Part shown: one piece after another, positions 18,407 to 26,786 of the stretch | Layout: every line of letters starts with the position of its first letter | How positions within the stretch are numbered: the first letter of the stretch is position 1 | Assembly (NCBI GenBank): GCA_009781235.1 | Contig: WQYM01000001.1 | Span: 1-56,019, forward strand | Direction: 5' to 3' | Length of the DNA: 56,019 bases | Source: Bacillota bacterium | Lineage (GTDB): Bacteria; Bacillota; Clostridia; Christensenellales; Pumilibacteraceae | The notes under the pieces: model-generated | The model's database searches: none | What the model saw: the letters and a program-made list of their open reading frames with translations, nothing else | What the model was told of the DNA's origin: nothing | Made by a program: the position numbers and the translations under genes

Positions 18407-21298
18407 CTACTTCTTGCTTTGCTTCTCCTCGAACTTCTTCTGCCACGCTTCGTACTTTGCGTCAATCTTGGCAAGCTTTGCTTTTACCGCATCGATTTGC
18501 ATTTCGGTCTCTAAGATTTGCGCCCGGCTGGCGGGCATCCCGGACCATTTTTTAATGTCCGCCTCTAAGCTTGCGATTAATTCCTTGTTTTTCTCCGCGC
18601 CCTTTTTCTTTAATTTGCCGATTCTCTTTTCCGCTTTCCAAATATCAAACTCGTGCGCACCCTTAAGCTTTAGGTTCATGAGCCGTCCCTCTAAGGACTT
18701 AAGCTTCCCTTCCTTAAAGAATTTAGAAAGGTCGCCCATCAAGGCTGCGGGCAAAAGCCCGAAAATGAGGGCGGGAATCGACAATATGAGACCCGGCAAC
18801 GCCAGCAGCGCGCCCGGAACGATGGTTTTGGGGCCGATGACTTTTTTGGCGGGCAGTAAAAACAGCGGCGCAACCGTACACGTGGCGGTGGCAAGGCCGA
18901 TGGTGAAAATTTTAGAAATTTTGCGCGTCCCGCCGTTAAAGATGCGGCGCAGCCCGTCCACCTGGCCTAAACTCATCGGGCCGCCAAAGCGCACTAAGGC
19001 GCGCAAGGGCATCTCGTCCATGCCGAGTATCATAAACTTGCCGCCGACGGAGGCAAACAATCGGCCGATCCAGCCGCGCGCGTATTTGAGTTCCGAAATC
19101 GCCGTGTTACGCTCTGCCAGCATTCTGCCGGGCTTGTAGAATGGGTACGCGGGGTCGGGGATGTCTTTGCCGTAGAGCGCCTTGAATTCCGCGAACGGTA
19201 CGTTGGCGGTTTTGGCGGAGGGCTTTGCGTACGTGGGCAATTTGGCCATATCGTAAGGAATGACGTCGGTCGTCCCCTCTTTCTTTAAAAGGCCTTTGAG
19301 TTTAATATCGGCGTCCGCGCAAGACGAGCCGATCAAAATATCGTACGTGCCTGCCTCGGTTTCCCACTTGTCGGTTTTTACGTTAAAATAACGGAAGGAG
19401 TACTCGTCGAACGGGATGGTGACGGATTTACTCTCTCCCGGCTGCAGGAAAATCTTTTTAAAGCCCTTGAGCTCTTTTTTGGCGCGGAAAATTTTGCTGC
19501 CCGGCAGCCCTATGTACAATTGCGCAACCTCGGCACCCGCAACGGCGCCCGTATTTTTAATCGTAAACGTCGCGCCCGACTCCCCTACTAAAAGATCCGA
19601 GAACGCAAACGCCGTGTAGCTGAGCCCAAAGCCGAAGGGGTACTTGACGGGGATGCCCGCCGCGTCGTAATAACGGTAGCCGACATATATGCTCTCGCGG
19701 TATTCGACGTTGCGCACGGGTTTTTCTTGGCCGTCGTGCGGGGAGCAGGGAAAATTAGATGCGGAAGAGCAATCCTCGTAGCGCAAGGGGTAGGATTCGG
19801 ACAATTTTCCGGACGGCGAAACCTTTCCCGTCAACACGTTAAGCATCGCGCCCGCGCCGGCCTGTCCGCCCAAATAGCCGTGGATAAGCGCGTCGCAGTT
19901 TTCCGAAAAATCGACCTCGAGCGCCGCGCCGCACGAGAGCACGGCGATAATTTTTTTACCGGTCGCCTTTAATGCTGCCAGCAACTCTTTTTGGTTGTCG
20001 GGCAGCTTCATGTTTTTGCGGTCGCCGCCCTCGGACTCGATATTTTCGCCTAAGCCAAGGTAGACCAACACCGTGTCGGCCGCCGCCGCAAACTCGACCG
20101 CTTTTTTCTTGAGCCCCTCGTTCTTTTTGCCGAAGCGCTCAAAGCCCGGCTGAAAGCCCACATAGGAGAGGCCGTAATCCTTGCCGGCGCTTTTTTCGAT
20201 TAATTGCAGCGTCGTGTCGATTTTGGTCGGGTTGACGCCGGACGAGCCCGCGCCCTGGTAGCGCGATTTTTGCGCGAAGTCGCCGACAAGGGCGACCTTT
20301 TCGCCCGCCTTTAGCGGCAGCGCGTTATTCTTGTTTTCGAGTAAGACGATGCAATCCTCCGCCGCCTTTAAGGCGAGCGCGTGGTGCGCGTCTTTATCAA
20401 ACTTGCGATCCTTGACCCTAAAGACGTCCTCGGTATCAAAGACAAGCTTTAAGAGGCGCTCGACCGCCTCGTCCACCACCTTAACGTCGAGCTCCTTTGC
20501 GAGCACCGCCTTGTACACGTCGCGGTTGCCCTCGCCGCCGGAGGTGGGCATCTCTAATTCCGCGCCTACTTTCATCGCCGCGACGCGGTCGTTGTCTCCA
20601 CCCCAGTCCGAAACGATGACGCCCGGGAACTTCCAGTCGTCGCGCAAAACGTCTACAAGCAGGTGCTTGTTCTCATTGGCGTATTCGCCGTTGATTTTAT
20701 TGTAGGCGGACATGATGGTTTTGGTGCCGCCCTCTTTGACGCCGATTTCAAAGTTCGTTAAATAGATTTCACGCAAAGCGCGCTCGTCCACGATGGTGTC
20801 TACGACCATGCGGCGGGTTTCCTGGTTGTTGGCGGCGTAGTGCTTTAAACACGACGAAACGCCGTTGCTTTGGATGCCGCGCGCATAAGAGGCTGCCATC
20901 TTGCCGGCAAGATACGGGTCTTCGGAAAAATATTCAAAGTTGCGCCCGCATAAGGGGTTGCGTTTAACGTTAAGCCCCGGGCCAAGCAGCACGTTGACCT
21001 TTTGGACAACCGCCTCTCTGCCTAAAGCTACGCCGACTTGTTCGCCGAGCTCGATATTAAAGCTGTTTGCCATCGTTGCGGCCGTCGGGAAGCAGGTGGC
21101 TTTTAGGCTTTCGTTTAGGCCGAGGTGGTCGCCCTCGCCCGCTTGCTTGCGGATGCCGTGCGGGCCGTCGGCTAAAAATGCGGATGGTATTTTAAACGAC
21201 GCATTAGCGATATCCATTGTTTCCCAAAATGATTTTCCGCTGAGCATCGAGCATTTTTGTTCGAGTGTCATCCGGCCGACTAGATCTTTTAAATCCAT
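18407..21298 (-). CDS. GH3 beta-glucosidase-like enzyme with about 230-aa C-terminal membrane/coiled-coil extension
   Basis: GPHGIRKQ, KHYAANNQE, VIVSDWGG and FGLSYT motifs. The C-terminus has a hydrophobic stretch (PGLILSIPALIFGLLPAAL) followed by a Lys-rich coiled coil. Confidence 0.9.
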   Translation of the reverse strand: MDLKDLVGRMTLEQKCSMLSGKSFWETMDIANASFKIPSAFLADGPHGIRKQAGEGDHLGLNESLKATCFPTAATMANSFNIELGEQVGVALGREAVVQKVNVLLGPGLNVKRNPLCGRNFEYFSEDPYLAGKMAASYARGIQSNGVSSCLKHYAANNQETRRMVVDTIVDERALREIYLTNFEIGVKEGGTKTIMSAYNKINGEYANENKHLLVDVLRDDWKFPGVIVSDWGGDNDRVAAMKVGAELEMPTSGGEGNRDVYKAVLAKELDVKVVDEAVERLLKLVFDTEDVFRVKDRKFDKDAHHALALKAAEDCIVLLENKNNALPLKAGEKVALVGDFAQKSRYQGAGSSGVNPTKIDTTLQLIEKSAGKDYGLSYVGFQPGFERFGKKNEGLKKKAVEFAAAADTVLVYLGLGENIESEGGDRKNMKLPDNQKELLAALKATGKKIIAVLSCGAALEVDFSENCDALIHGYLGGQAGAGAMLNVLTGKVSPSGKLSESYPLRYEDCSSASNFPCSPHDGQEKPVRNVEYRESIYVGYRYYDAAGIPVKYPFGFGLSYTAFAFSDLLVGESGATFTIKNTGAVAGAEVAQLYIGLPGSKIFRAKKELKGFKKIFLQPGESKSVTIPFDEYSFRYFNVKTDKWETEAGTYDILIGSSCADADIKLKGLLKKEGTTDVIPYDMAKLPTYAKPSAKTANVPFAEFKALYGKDIPDPAYPFYKPGRMLAERNTAISELKYARGWIGRLFASVGGKFMILGMDEMPLRALVRFGGPMSLGQVDGLRRIFNGGTRKISKIFTIGLATATCTVAPLFLLPAKKVIGPKTIVPGALLALPGLILSIPALIFGLLPAALMGDLSKFFKEGKLKSLEGRLMNLKLKGAHEFDIWKAEKRIGKLKKKGAEKNKELIASLEADIKKWSGMPASRAQILETEMQIDAVKAKLAKIDAKYEAWQKKFEEKQSKK

Positions 21299-21523
21299 AA
21301 ATACCTATCCTTTTAAGGGCGATACGATTCTTCATTACAGTATAACAGAAAAGTTTTAAAATTCAAAGCGAAATAGCCTATATTTTTATAGGAAAATTGC
21401 AATCAATCAAAGCTTTTTGTTGCCAAAAAACTCCAATTGATTGCATTTTTTGCGTCCTTGTATTTGTCAATCTGTTTTTATGCCTTCTTTTTGCGTCGTC
21501 TTGAGCGAGCCGCGGGACGCCAA

Positions 21524-21697
21524 CTTGTCGGGGGGACGGACTCATCGACAAGTTTGCAGCACCAAAGCGCAACGGCCGATCGGTCAAGCTGCCGACAACA
21601 TGTCGGGGTTGTCGATGAGTCCGTCCCCCCGACAACTCCGACAACCGACGCGATGATAACATACTCAACTTATCGATGAGTCCGTCCCCCCGACAAG
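21524..21697. repeat. three TTGTCGGGGGGACGGACTCATCGACAA palindromic units (one forward, two inverted)
   Basis: The units are at 21524-21552, 21609-21635 and 21669-21697. The last one abuts the dus stop codon. Confidence 0.85.
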
Positions 21698-22720
21698 CTA
21701 TATCGGCGCGGATTCTATCGCCGCAATCAGCGTTTTGGCGTCTGTGATGCGGCACAATTCGGCTTTTAAGTCTTTGACGCCGGGGATGCCTTTTAGGTAA
21801 TAGACGAAGTGTTTGCGGAGCGAGGTAACGACATAGCGCTCGGGAAAGGCTTCGAGGGCGTACCCGATGTGGCGCAGGAGGTTTTTTTTAGTTGACGGTT
21901 GACGGTTGACGGTTGACGGTTGTGCCTTGCCAGTTGATATGCTATCATCCCCATCCAATAACTGTCCACTATCCACTGTCCACTGTCCACTTAAAAAAAT
22001 CCCCGGGTTGCCTATCGCTCCCCGCCCGACTATCACCCCCGCGACACCGTAATCTTTTATGCGATCCATCGCTTCCTCACGGCTTGACACGTCGCCGTTG
22101 CCGATTACAGGGACTTTTAGCGCGGCGGCCACCGTCCCGATAGCCTCCCAATCCGCTGCCCCTCCATACAATTGCTTTACAGTGCGTCCGTGTACCGCTA
22201 CGGCGGACGCGCCGGCGGATTCTAAGGCGCGGCAAAAATCGACGGTGTTTTGTTTATCGGAAATCCCGAGGCGCGTCTTTACGGTTACGGGGCGCCCCGA
22301 TATTTGCGTGCTCTTTACGCACGCCTCCACGATCTCCGCCGCCAATTTCGGATTTTTTAAGAGCTCCGAGCCGTCGCCGTTACGCGTAATTTTGGGCATC
22401 GGGCAGCCCATGTTAATATCAATTATATCGAATTTCTCCAGCGCTGGCAAAGAGAGCGCGGCGGAAAAATCGGCCGGGTCGGAGCCGAATAATTGCACGC
22501 ACGACGGCGTTTCGTTGTCGGCCAACGCCAAAAGCTGCGCGGTGTTTTTGCTGTTGTGCACAAAGCCGCGCACCGAAACCATTTCGGTCGTGGTGAGCCC
22601 CGCGCCCGCATCCCTGCAAAGCCGCCGGAACGCAAGGTCGGTATAGCCCGCCATGGGAGCGAGCAAAAGGTTAGACGGGAGCGTGACGGCTCCGATTTTG
22701 ATAGGTTTAATATAGTTCAT
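21698..22720 (-). CDS. dus: tRNA-dihydrouridine synthase with in-frame repeat insert
   Basis: LAPMAGYTD and DINMGCP motifs. ATG at 22720 (MNYIKPIK) is preferred over the TTG at 22747. Confidence 0.88.
   Translation of the reverse strand: MNYIKPIKIGAVTLPSNLLLAPMAGYTDLAFRRLCRDAGAGLTTTEMVSVRGFVHNSKNTAQLLALADNETPSCVQLFGSDPADFSAALSLPALEKFDIIDINMGCPMPKITRNGDGSELLKNPKLAAEIVEACVKSTQISGRPVTVKTRLGISDKQNTVDFCRALESAGASAVAVHGRTVKQLYGGAADWEAIGTVAAALKVPVIGNGDVSSREEAMDRIKDYGVAGVIVGRGAIGNPGIFLSGQWTVDSGQLLDGDDSISTGKAQPSTVNRQPSTKKNLLRHIGYALEAFPERYVVTSLRKHFVYYLKGIPGVKDLKAELCRITDAKTLIAAIESAPI
21883..21999 (-). mobile_element. two-array element (4 x GTTGACG ... 4 x CTGTCCA) inside dus, bounded by TTTTTTTA / TAAAAAAA
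   Basis: The arrays are 21891-21922 and 21961-21991 and are not complementary. The core on the minus strand contains TTGGATGGGGATGA. It is translated as LSGQWTVDSGQLLDGDDSISTGKAQPSTVNRQPSTKK. Confidence 0.7.
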
Positions 22721-22745
22721 TTTGTTCACCAATGATGTCGCGAAC

Positions 22746-22875
22746 AAAATTATAAAATATAAAATATTAAATATAAATTATGGATGAATATTTGAGTAAA
22801 ACAAGTGTTTTTGACAAATAACACGGCAATCAGCAGCCTAAATTTATATTATATATTTTATATTTTATATTTTTT
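22746..22875 (+). mobile_element. heptamer-armed hairpin element (ATAAAAT arms), gene-less copy
   Basis: The arms are 22746-22779 and 22840-22875. The core starts ATGGATGAATATTTGAGTAAAAC. It fills the dus-mazG intergenic gap. Confidence 0.75.
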
Positions 22876-22877
22876 GT

Positions 22878-23531
22878 TTATTGTTTGCCTTTTTCTTTCG
22901 TTTTTGCGTTGTTCCACATTCTCAACGCCTCTTCCGCATTCGCCGCCTTGTCGGAGCCGAACACGTGCGTGTGGCGCGACACAAGCTTTTTACAAAGCCG
23001 GTCGATTACGTCATATATGGTAAACTCGCCCGCGCGGCGCGCAATATCGCCGTGGAACACGCCCTGCAGCAGCACGTCCCCCGATTCCTCTAAGATGTTG
23101 TCGACGTCGTTTGCCTCTATGGCCGCAACAAGCTCGGCTGCTTCCTCCGTCGCGTTCTTCGCGATAGAGGCGTGCGTTTGCACCTGATCCCACGGGCAGC
23201 CGTCCGGCGCGGTGAGGCGCTCGGTGATGCGCACCAAATCCGCGAACCCGTAGCGCGGCTTTATAAAGCCGGATTGGGCGGGAATTATGGCCGAAAAGTC
23301 GCGGCCGTACCCCTGTTGCTTGTCCAGTTTTGATAACGCGACATGGCAAATTTCGGCATCCTCTCCGCTTTTTAGCGAAATTTCCAATCCGCCTGCATAG
23401 TGATTAAGTAACCACTTTTTTATGCGCGTCGCCCTCGACTTAGTGATTATGCCCGTAATCACCAACGTAACGGAGGTGTCCGGCTGAAAATCCGGCTCGA
23501 GCTTGCTTCCGGATGCAAAAATAACAGTCAT
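22878..23531 (-). CDS. mazG: MazG-family nucleoside triphosphate pyrophosphohydrolase (single MazG domain with N-terminal extension)
   Basis: EEAAELVAAIE and ESGDVLLQ motifs. Confidence 0.75.
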   Translation of the reverse strand: MTVIFASGSKLEPDFQPDTSVTLVITGIITKSRATRIKKWLLNHYAGGLEISLKSGEDAEICHVALSKLDKQQGYGRDFSAIIPAQSGFIKPRYGFADLVRITERLTAPDGCPWDQVQTHASIAKNATEEAAELVAAIEANDVDNILEESGDVLLQGVFHGDIARRAGEFTIYDVIDRLCKKLVSRHTHVFGSDKAANAEEALRMWNNAKTKEKGKQ

Positions 23532-23569
23532 GGCGCCAGTATGGCACAGGTAGAGGAAAAAGTCAAGAT

Positions 23570-23688
23570 AAATTACAAATTACAAATTACAAATAAGGCT
23601 CTTGCACTACTTCACTACCGCACTATTGCACTACTGCACTACCGCACTATTGCACTACCGCACTACCGCACTACCGCACTACCGCACT
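23570..23688. repeat. two different heptamer arrays side by side (3 x ATTACAA, then about 12 x GCACTAC/GCACTAT) without core or partner arm
   Basis: AAATTACAAATTACAAATTACAAAT-AAGGCTCTT-GCACTACTTCACTACCGCACTATTGCACTACTGCACTACCGCACT... Confidence 0.9.
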
Positions 23689-23833
23689 CAAACTCAAAAT
23701 AGTCCAGCCCGCTGACGCCCGGGGGTAAAACGCCGCCCTTTAAGACGCGGACGGAGCCCAAAAGCGTTCCGTCCGCGGATACGACGCGGTAATCGCCCGA
23801 TTCGGGCGCGATATCAAAAGAGGATAACAGCAT
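23663..23833 (-). CDS. possible 56-aa ORF or gene remnant terminating inside the GCACTAC array
   Basis: My own translation is MLLSSFDIAPESGDYRVVSADGTLLGSVRVLKGGVLPPGVSGLDYFEFECGSAVVR. The composition looks coding, but there is no convincing RBS. Confidence 0.25.
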   Translation of the reverse strand: MLLSSFDIAPESGDYRVVSADGTLLGSVRVLKGGVLPPGVSGLDYFEFECGSAVVR

Positions 23834-23899
23834 AAAAGTATTTTGAACTTCGGCACTGAAAAATATTTATCCCCTACAAAAGGTTCTCTCCGTTAAATG

Positions 23900-24065
23900 A
23901 CCGGTATCATACCCCAGGGCACCTCGCCTCTCTAGGTTTTGCTGTCGCAAAGCCAGCAGCCCGCAAGCGGGCTGTACTTCGTGATTCTTCGAATACGGCT
24001 CGGTTGCCCTGGACCCGCCGCTTCGCGGTTTTCCGCCCGCAAGGCGAGCGGAGTATGATACAATC
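23900..24065 (+). ncRNA. candidate structured small RNA (class unknown)
   Basis: The ends pair (GTATCATAC 23904-23912 with GTATGATAC 24053-24061). There is internal pairing CCAGGGCA / TGCCCTGG. On the plus strand there are GCAA-capped hairpins CAGCCC-GCAA-GGGCTG and TCCGCCC-GCAA-GGCGAGCGGA. A terminator follows on the plus strand. There is no plausible ORF. Confidence 0.3.
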
Positions 24066-24075
24066 GGACGGAATC

Positions 24076-24120
24076 AAAAATCCCAAAAAGCGGTTTGCCT
24101 TTTGGGATTTTGTGTTTATT
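24076..24120. terminator. bidirectional intrinsic terminator
   Basis: AAAAATCCCAAAA-loop-TTTTGGGATTTTGTGTTT. It sits after the DUF58 stop on the minus strand and after the sRNA candidate on the plus strand. Confidence 0.75.
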
Positions 24121-24134
24121 CATTTTATCGGTGT

Positions 24135-25043
24135 TTAGCGGATGACATCCAGCTCGTACAGGCGGTTGAACAGAATCTTTTCAATCGGCTCGTCGGAGCG
24201 GGCGGTGATGAAGTCGACGCCGCGGGAGGTGGCGAAATTCTTGATGTCCTCTTTAAAGTCCGCCATCGCCGCCAAATACGCCCGGTAGTGCGACTTGGTA
24301 ATCCGCAATTTTAAATTCCGGCCGTCCATGATGTCTAAAGCTTCGGCATCGCGCATAAACGTCCTTCCGTTGTAGCGCGGGTCAAGCTCTTCTTCCATGA
24401 GTACCTGAATTAAGAGAATCTGCTTTTTGCGGTACAGCAGATAATCTACGGCTTTTTTCCAATTGTTTTCGGTCATGAAGTCAGAAATAATCACGACCAG
24501 CCCGTCGTTATACCCGGGACTGTGCGCATTGATAACCGCCGTCGACAAATCGGAATCGCCGAAGAATTTTACTTTTTCTAACTCGCCCACGCCGCGGAAA
24601 AACGCGCTCTTGCCGACCATCGTCCCGCAAAGGTCGTCGGCCTGCTTGCCGCGGATAATCTTAAACGAGGTTTTGTCCATGTTGTCCACAGCCAAAAACC
24701 CGAGTGACGCCGCCACGCGCATTGCGAACAGGGCTTTTTCCGGATAGTCCATCGAAGCGGAACAATCCAGGAAAATTTGAATGTGCATTTGACGCTCGTC
24801 AACGAACTGCTTGATAAAATACTTTTCGAAGCGGCTGTACAGGTTCCAGTCGATACGACGGATGTCGTCGCCGAATTGATACTCGCGGTAATCGGCAAAT
24901 TCTACCGTGTTACCGTATATCCTCGTGCGATGGTTACCGCCGAACCAGCCGTTCATGTAGTTTTTTAGGTGCAACGAAAATGCTTCCATGCGGTCGATAA
25001 AAGCGTCGTCAACAATTTTATTGTTTCTCATTTCACTATCCAA
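24135..25043 (-). CDS. DUF58 (vWA-like) protein, MoxR partner
   Basis: FADYREYQFGDDIRRIDW motif. It lies directly downstream of the MoxR ATPase. Confidence 0.85.
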   Translation of the reverse strand: MDSEMRNNKIVDDAFIDRMEAFSLHLKNYMNGWFGGNHRTRIYGNTVEFADYREYQFGDDIRRIDWNLYSRFEKYFIKQFVDERQMHIQIFLDCSASMDYPEKALFAMRVAASLGFLAVDNMDKTSFKIIRGKQADDLCGTMVGKSAFFRGVGELEKVKFFGDSDLSTAVINAHSPGYNDGLVVIISDFMTENNWKKAVDYLLYRKKQILLIQVLMEEELDPRYNGRTFMRDAEALDIMDGRNLKLRITKSHYRAYLAAMADFKEDIKNFATSRGVDFITARSDEPIEKILFNRLYELDVIR

Positions 25044-25104
25044 TGGAACGGACGCCGGGTTGCCGCGGCGTGTTCCGCTTTAAATTTTTGGAACGGATTA
25101 GATC

Positions 25105-26211
25105 TTATTTCCTCTTTTTCTTGCCGTCAAAGTCTTCTTGGGCGACGGGGGCGGGCTCTTCGAGGTTGCGGGCCTTAGAGGACTGCGAGGTGGTCTGACC
25201 CATCTCTTTGATGATGGCGCAGACGATATCGTCGGTCGTGATACGCTCGGTAACGGCCTCAAAGTTCGCCTTAACACGGTGACGTAGCACGGGGCAAGCC
25301 AACTCGTTGATGTCGCCGTAGGAGACGTTGAAGCGGCCGTTCATGAGCGCGCGTACCTTGGCGCAGGAAATTAAAGCCTGACCGGCACGGGGGGAGGCGC
25401 CGAAACGGAGGTACTTTTTGGCGGCGTTGGAAGCAAACTCGCTGTCCGGATGCGTAGCCAAAACAAGCTTCATCGCGTACGTCATAACGTCGGAAGCGAC
25501 CGGGATCGCCTTGGCGGTTTCGCGCATCGCAAGGAGCTGATCGCCCGTACAGGCGGCGTCCGCGATTTCGTCCATCGTCTTTTGGGTGATGTTAACGACC
25601 TCGACGAGCTCTTCAAACGTAGGCAGGCCCATCAAAAGCTTTAACATAAAGCGGTCCATCTGCGCTTCGGGCAGCGGGTACGTACCGTCTTGCTCGATGG
25701 GGTTCTGGGTGGCCAGAACGAAGAACGGCTCGTTCATCTTGCGCGACACACCCATAACGGTTACCTTGTGCTCCTGCATGGCTTCGAGCAACGCGGATTG
25801 CGTTTTCGGCGTGGCGCGGTTGATTTCGTCCGCGAGGATGATGTTGCTGAAAATCGGGCCGGGCTTGAAGTCAAACTTCGAGTTACCCTTGTCGTCTTTT
25901 ACGACGATGTTGGTACCGGTGATATCGGCAGGCATCAGGTCGGGGGTGAACTGGATTCTCGAGAACGGCAGCTCGAATACGCGCCCTAAGGAACGCACCA
26001 AACGCGTTTTACCGATACCGGGAACACCCTCTAAAAGCACGTTGCCGCCCGCAATCATCGAGATTACGGTACCTTCGACTACGTCTTTTTGACCGATCAA
26101 GTCGCGGCCAAGCTGAATGAAAATGTTTTCACACACCTTGGTAAATTGCGACAAGCTTTCTTCGGTTACGTCGCCGGCCTGGGAAGTACCGGCAGTTCTG
26201 TCATCTTTCAT
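25105..26211 (-). CDS. MoxR-family AAA+ ATPase
   Basis: Walker A LLEGVPGIGKT and Walker B ILADEINRA. GGAG RBS. Confidence 0.9.
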   Translation of the reverse strand: MKDDRTAGTSQAGDVTEESLSQFTKVCENIFIQLGRDLIGQKDVVEGTVISMIAGGNVLLEGVPGIGKTRLVRSLGRVFELPFSRIQFTPDLMPADITGTNIVVKDDKGNSKFDFKPGPIFSNIILADEINRATPKTQSALLEAMQEHKVTVMGVSRKMNEPFFVLATQNPIEQDGTYPLPEAQMDRFMLKLLMGLPTFEELVEVVNITQKTMDEIADAACTGDQLLAMRETAKAIPVASDVMTYAMKLVLATHPDSEFASNAAKKYLRFGASPRAGQALISCAKVRALMNGRFNVSYGDINELACPVLRHRVKANFEAVTERITTDDIVCAIIKEMGQTTSQSSKARNLEEPAPVAQEDFDGKKKRK

Positions 26212-26266
26212 TTCTTTACTCCAACTTTGTTTTATTTATATAATATGCATTATATACGATTTGGGA

Positions 26267-26301
26267 GGGGCTAGGGGCTAGGGGTTAGGGGCTAGGGGTT
26301 A
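26267..26301. repeat. orphan array 5 x GGGGCTA/GGGGTTA
   Basis: GGGGCTAGGGGCTAGGGGTTAGGGGCTAGGGGTTA, 56 nt upstream of the MoxR start. There is no complementary arm in the window. Confidence 0.9.
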
Positions 26302-26347
26302 GAACCCGTTGTAAGAGGACACCACCAAAACATATCTTGTTACTTTT

Positions 26348-26486
26348 TAGCGAATAGCGAATAGCGATGGATTATTTGTATTAGAATCAAAGTTTTATCG
26401 CAAAAAAATTGAAGTGTGCTACCTGCTTTTGATACTAACTAAGAATCATCCGAAGCTATTCGCTATTCGTTATTCGCTATTCGCTA
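26348..26486 (+). mobile_element. heptamer-armed hairpin element (TAGCGAA arms), gene-less copy
   Basis: The arms are 26348-26366 and 26455-26486. The core starts ATGGATTATTTGTATTAG. Confidence 0.8.
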
Positions 26487-26704
26487 AAAATAGCTTAGCA
26501 GACAATATCGCGGTTGTCCAAGCCGAGACTTATTTATAAAACCCGAGCCCAAACACCATTCGACCGTTATTTATTTTATTTCTTTGATTCAAAGCACCTT
26601 GACAAAACATTAGAAAAACACAGTTTTATACACTATAGCATATAATAAAGCTTTTGGCAATCCTTTTGCAGAACTTTTTTTCAAAATTTTTTTGGAAAAA
26701 TTGG

Positions 26705-26783
26705 AAAGGACTTGAAAATGTAAAATGTAAAATGTAAAATGCAAAAAGGACTTGAAAATGTAAAATGTAAAACGTAAAATTGC
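26705..26783. repeat. direct duplication of an about 38-nt unit AAAGGACTTGAAA(ATGTAAA)n
   Basis: The units are 26705-26742 and 26745-26783. They end 4 nt from the stop of CDS 26787..28382. Confidence 0.85.
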
Positions 26784-26786
26784 GGG

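Noticed and set aside
23570-23688. Could the heptamer arrays (here and at 49324-49399, 26267-26301 and elsewhere) be CRISPR arrays?
   Set aside because: The units are only 7 nt and directly contiguous, with no spacers. No cas genes are present.
23900-24065. Assignment of the structured region to tmRNA, SRP RNA, RNase P RNA or a known riboswitch.
   Set aside because: None of the signature strings I know for these classes is present, so it is left as an unclassified candidate.
23932-24123. A 63-aa minus-strand ORF in the gene-free gap.
   Set aside because: It has no RBS and an implausible composition. The region is better explained by RNA-type secondary structure plus a terminator.
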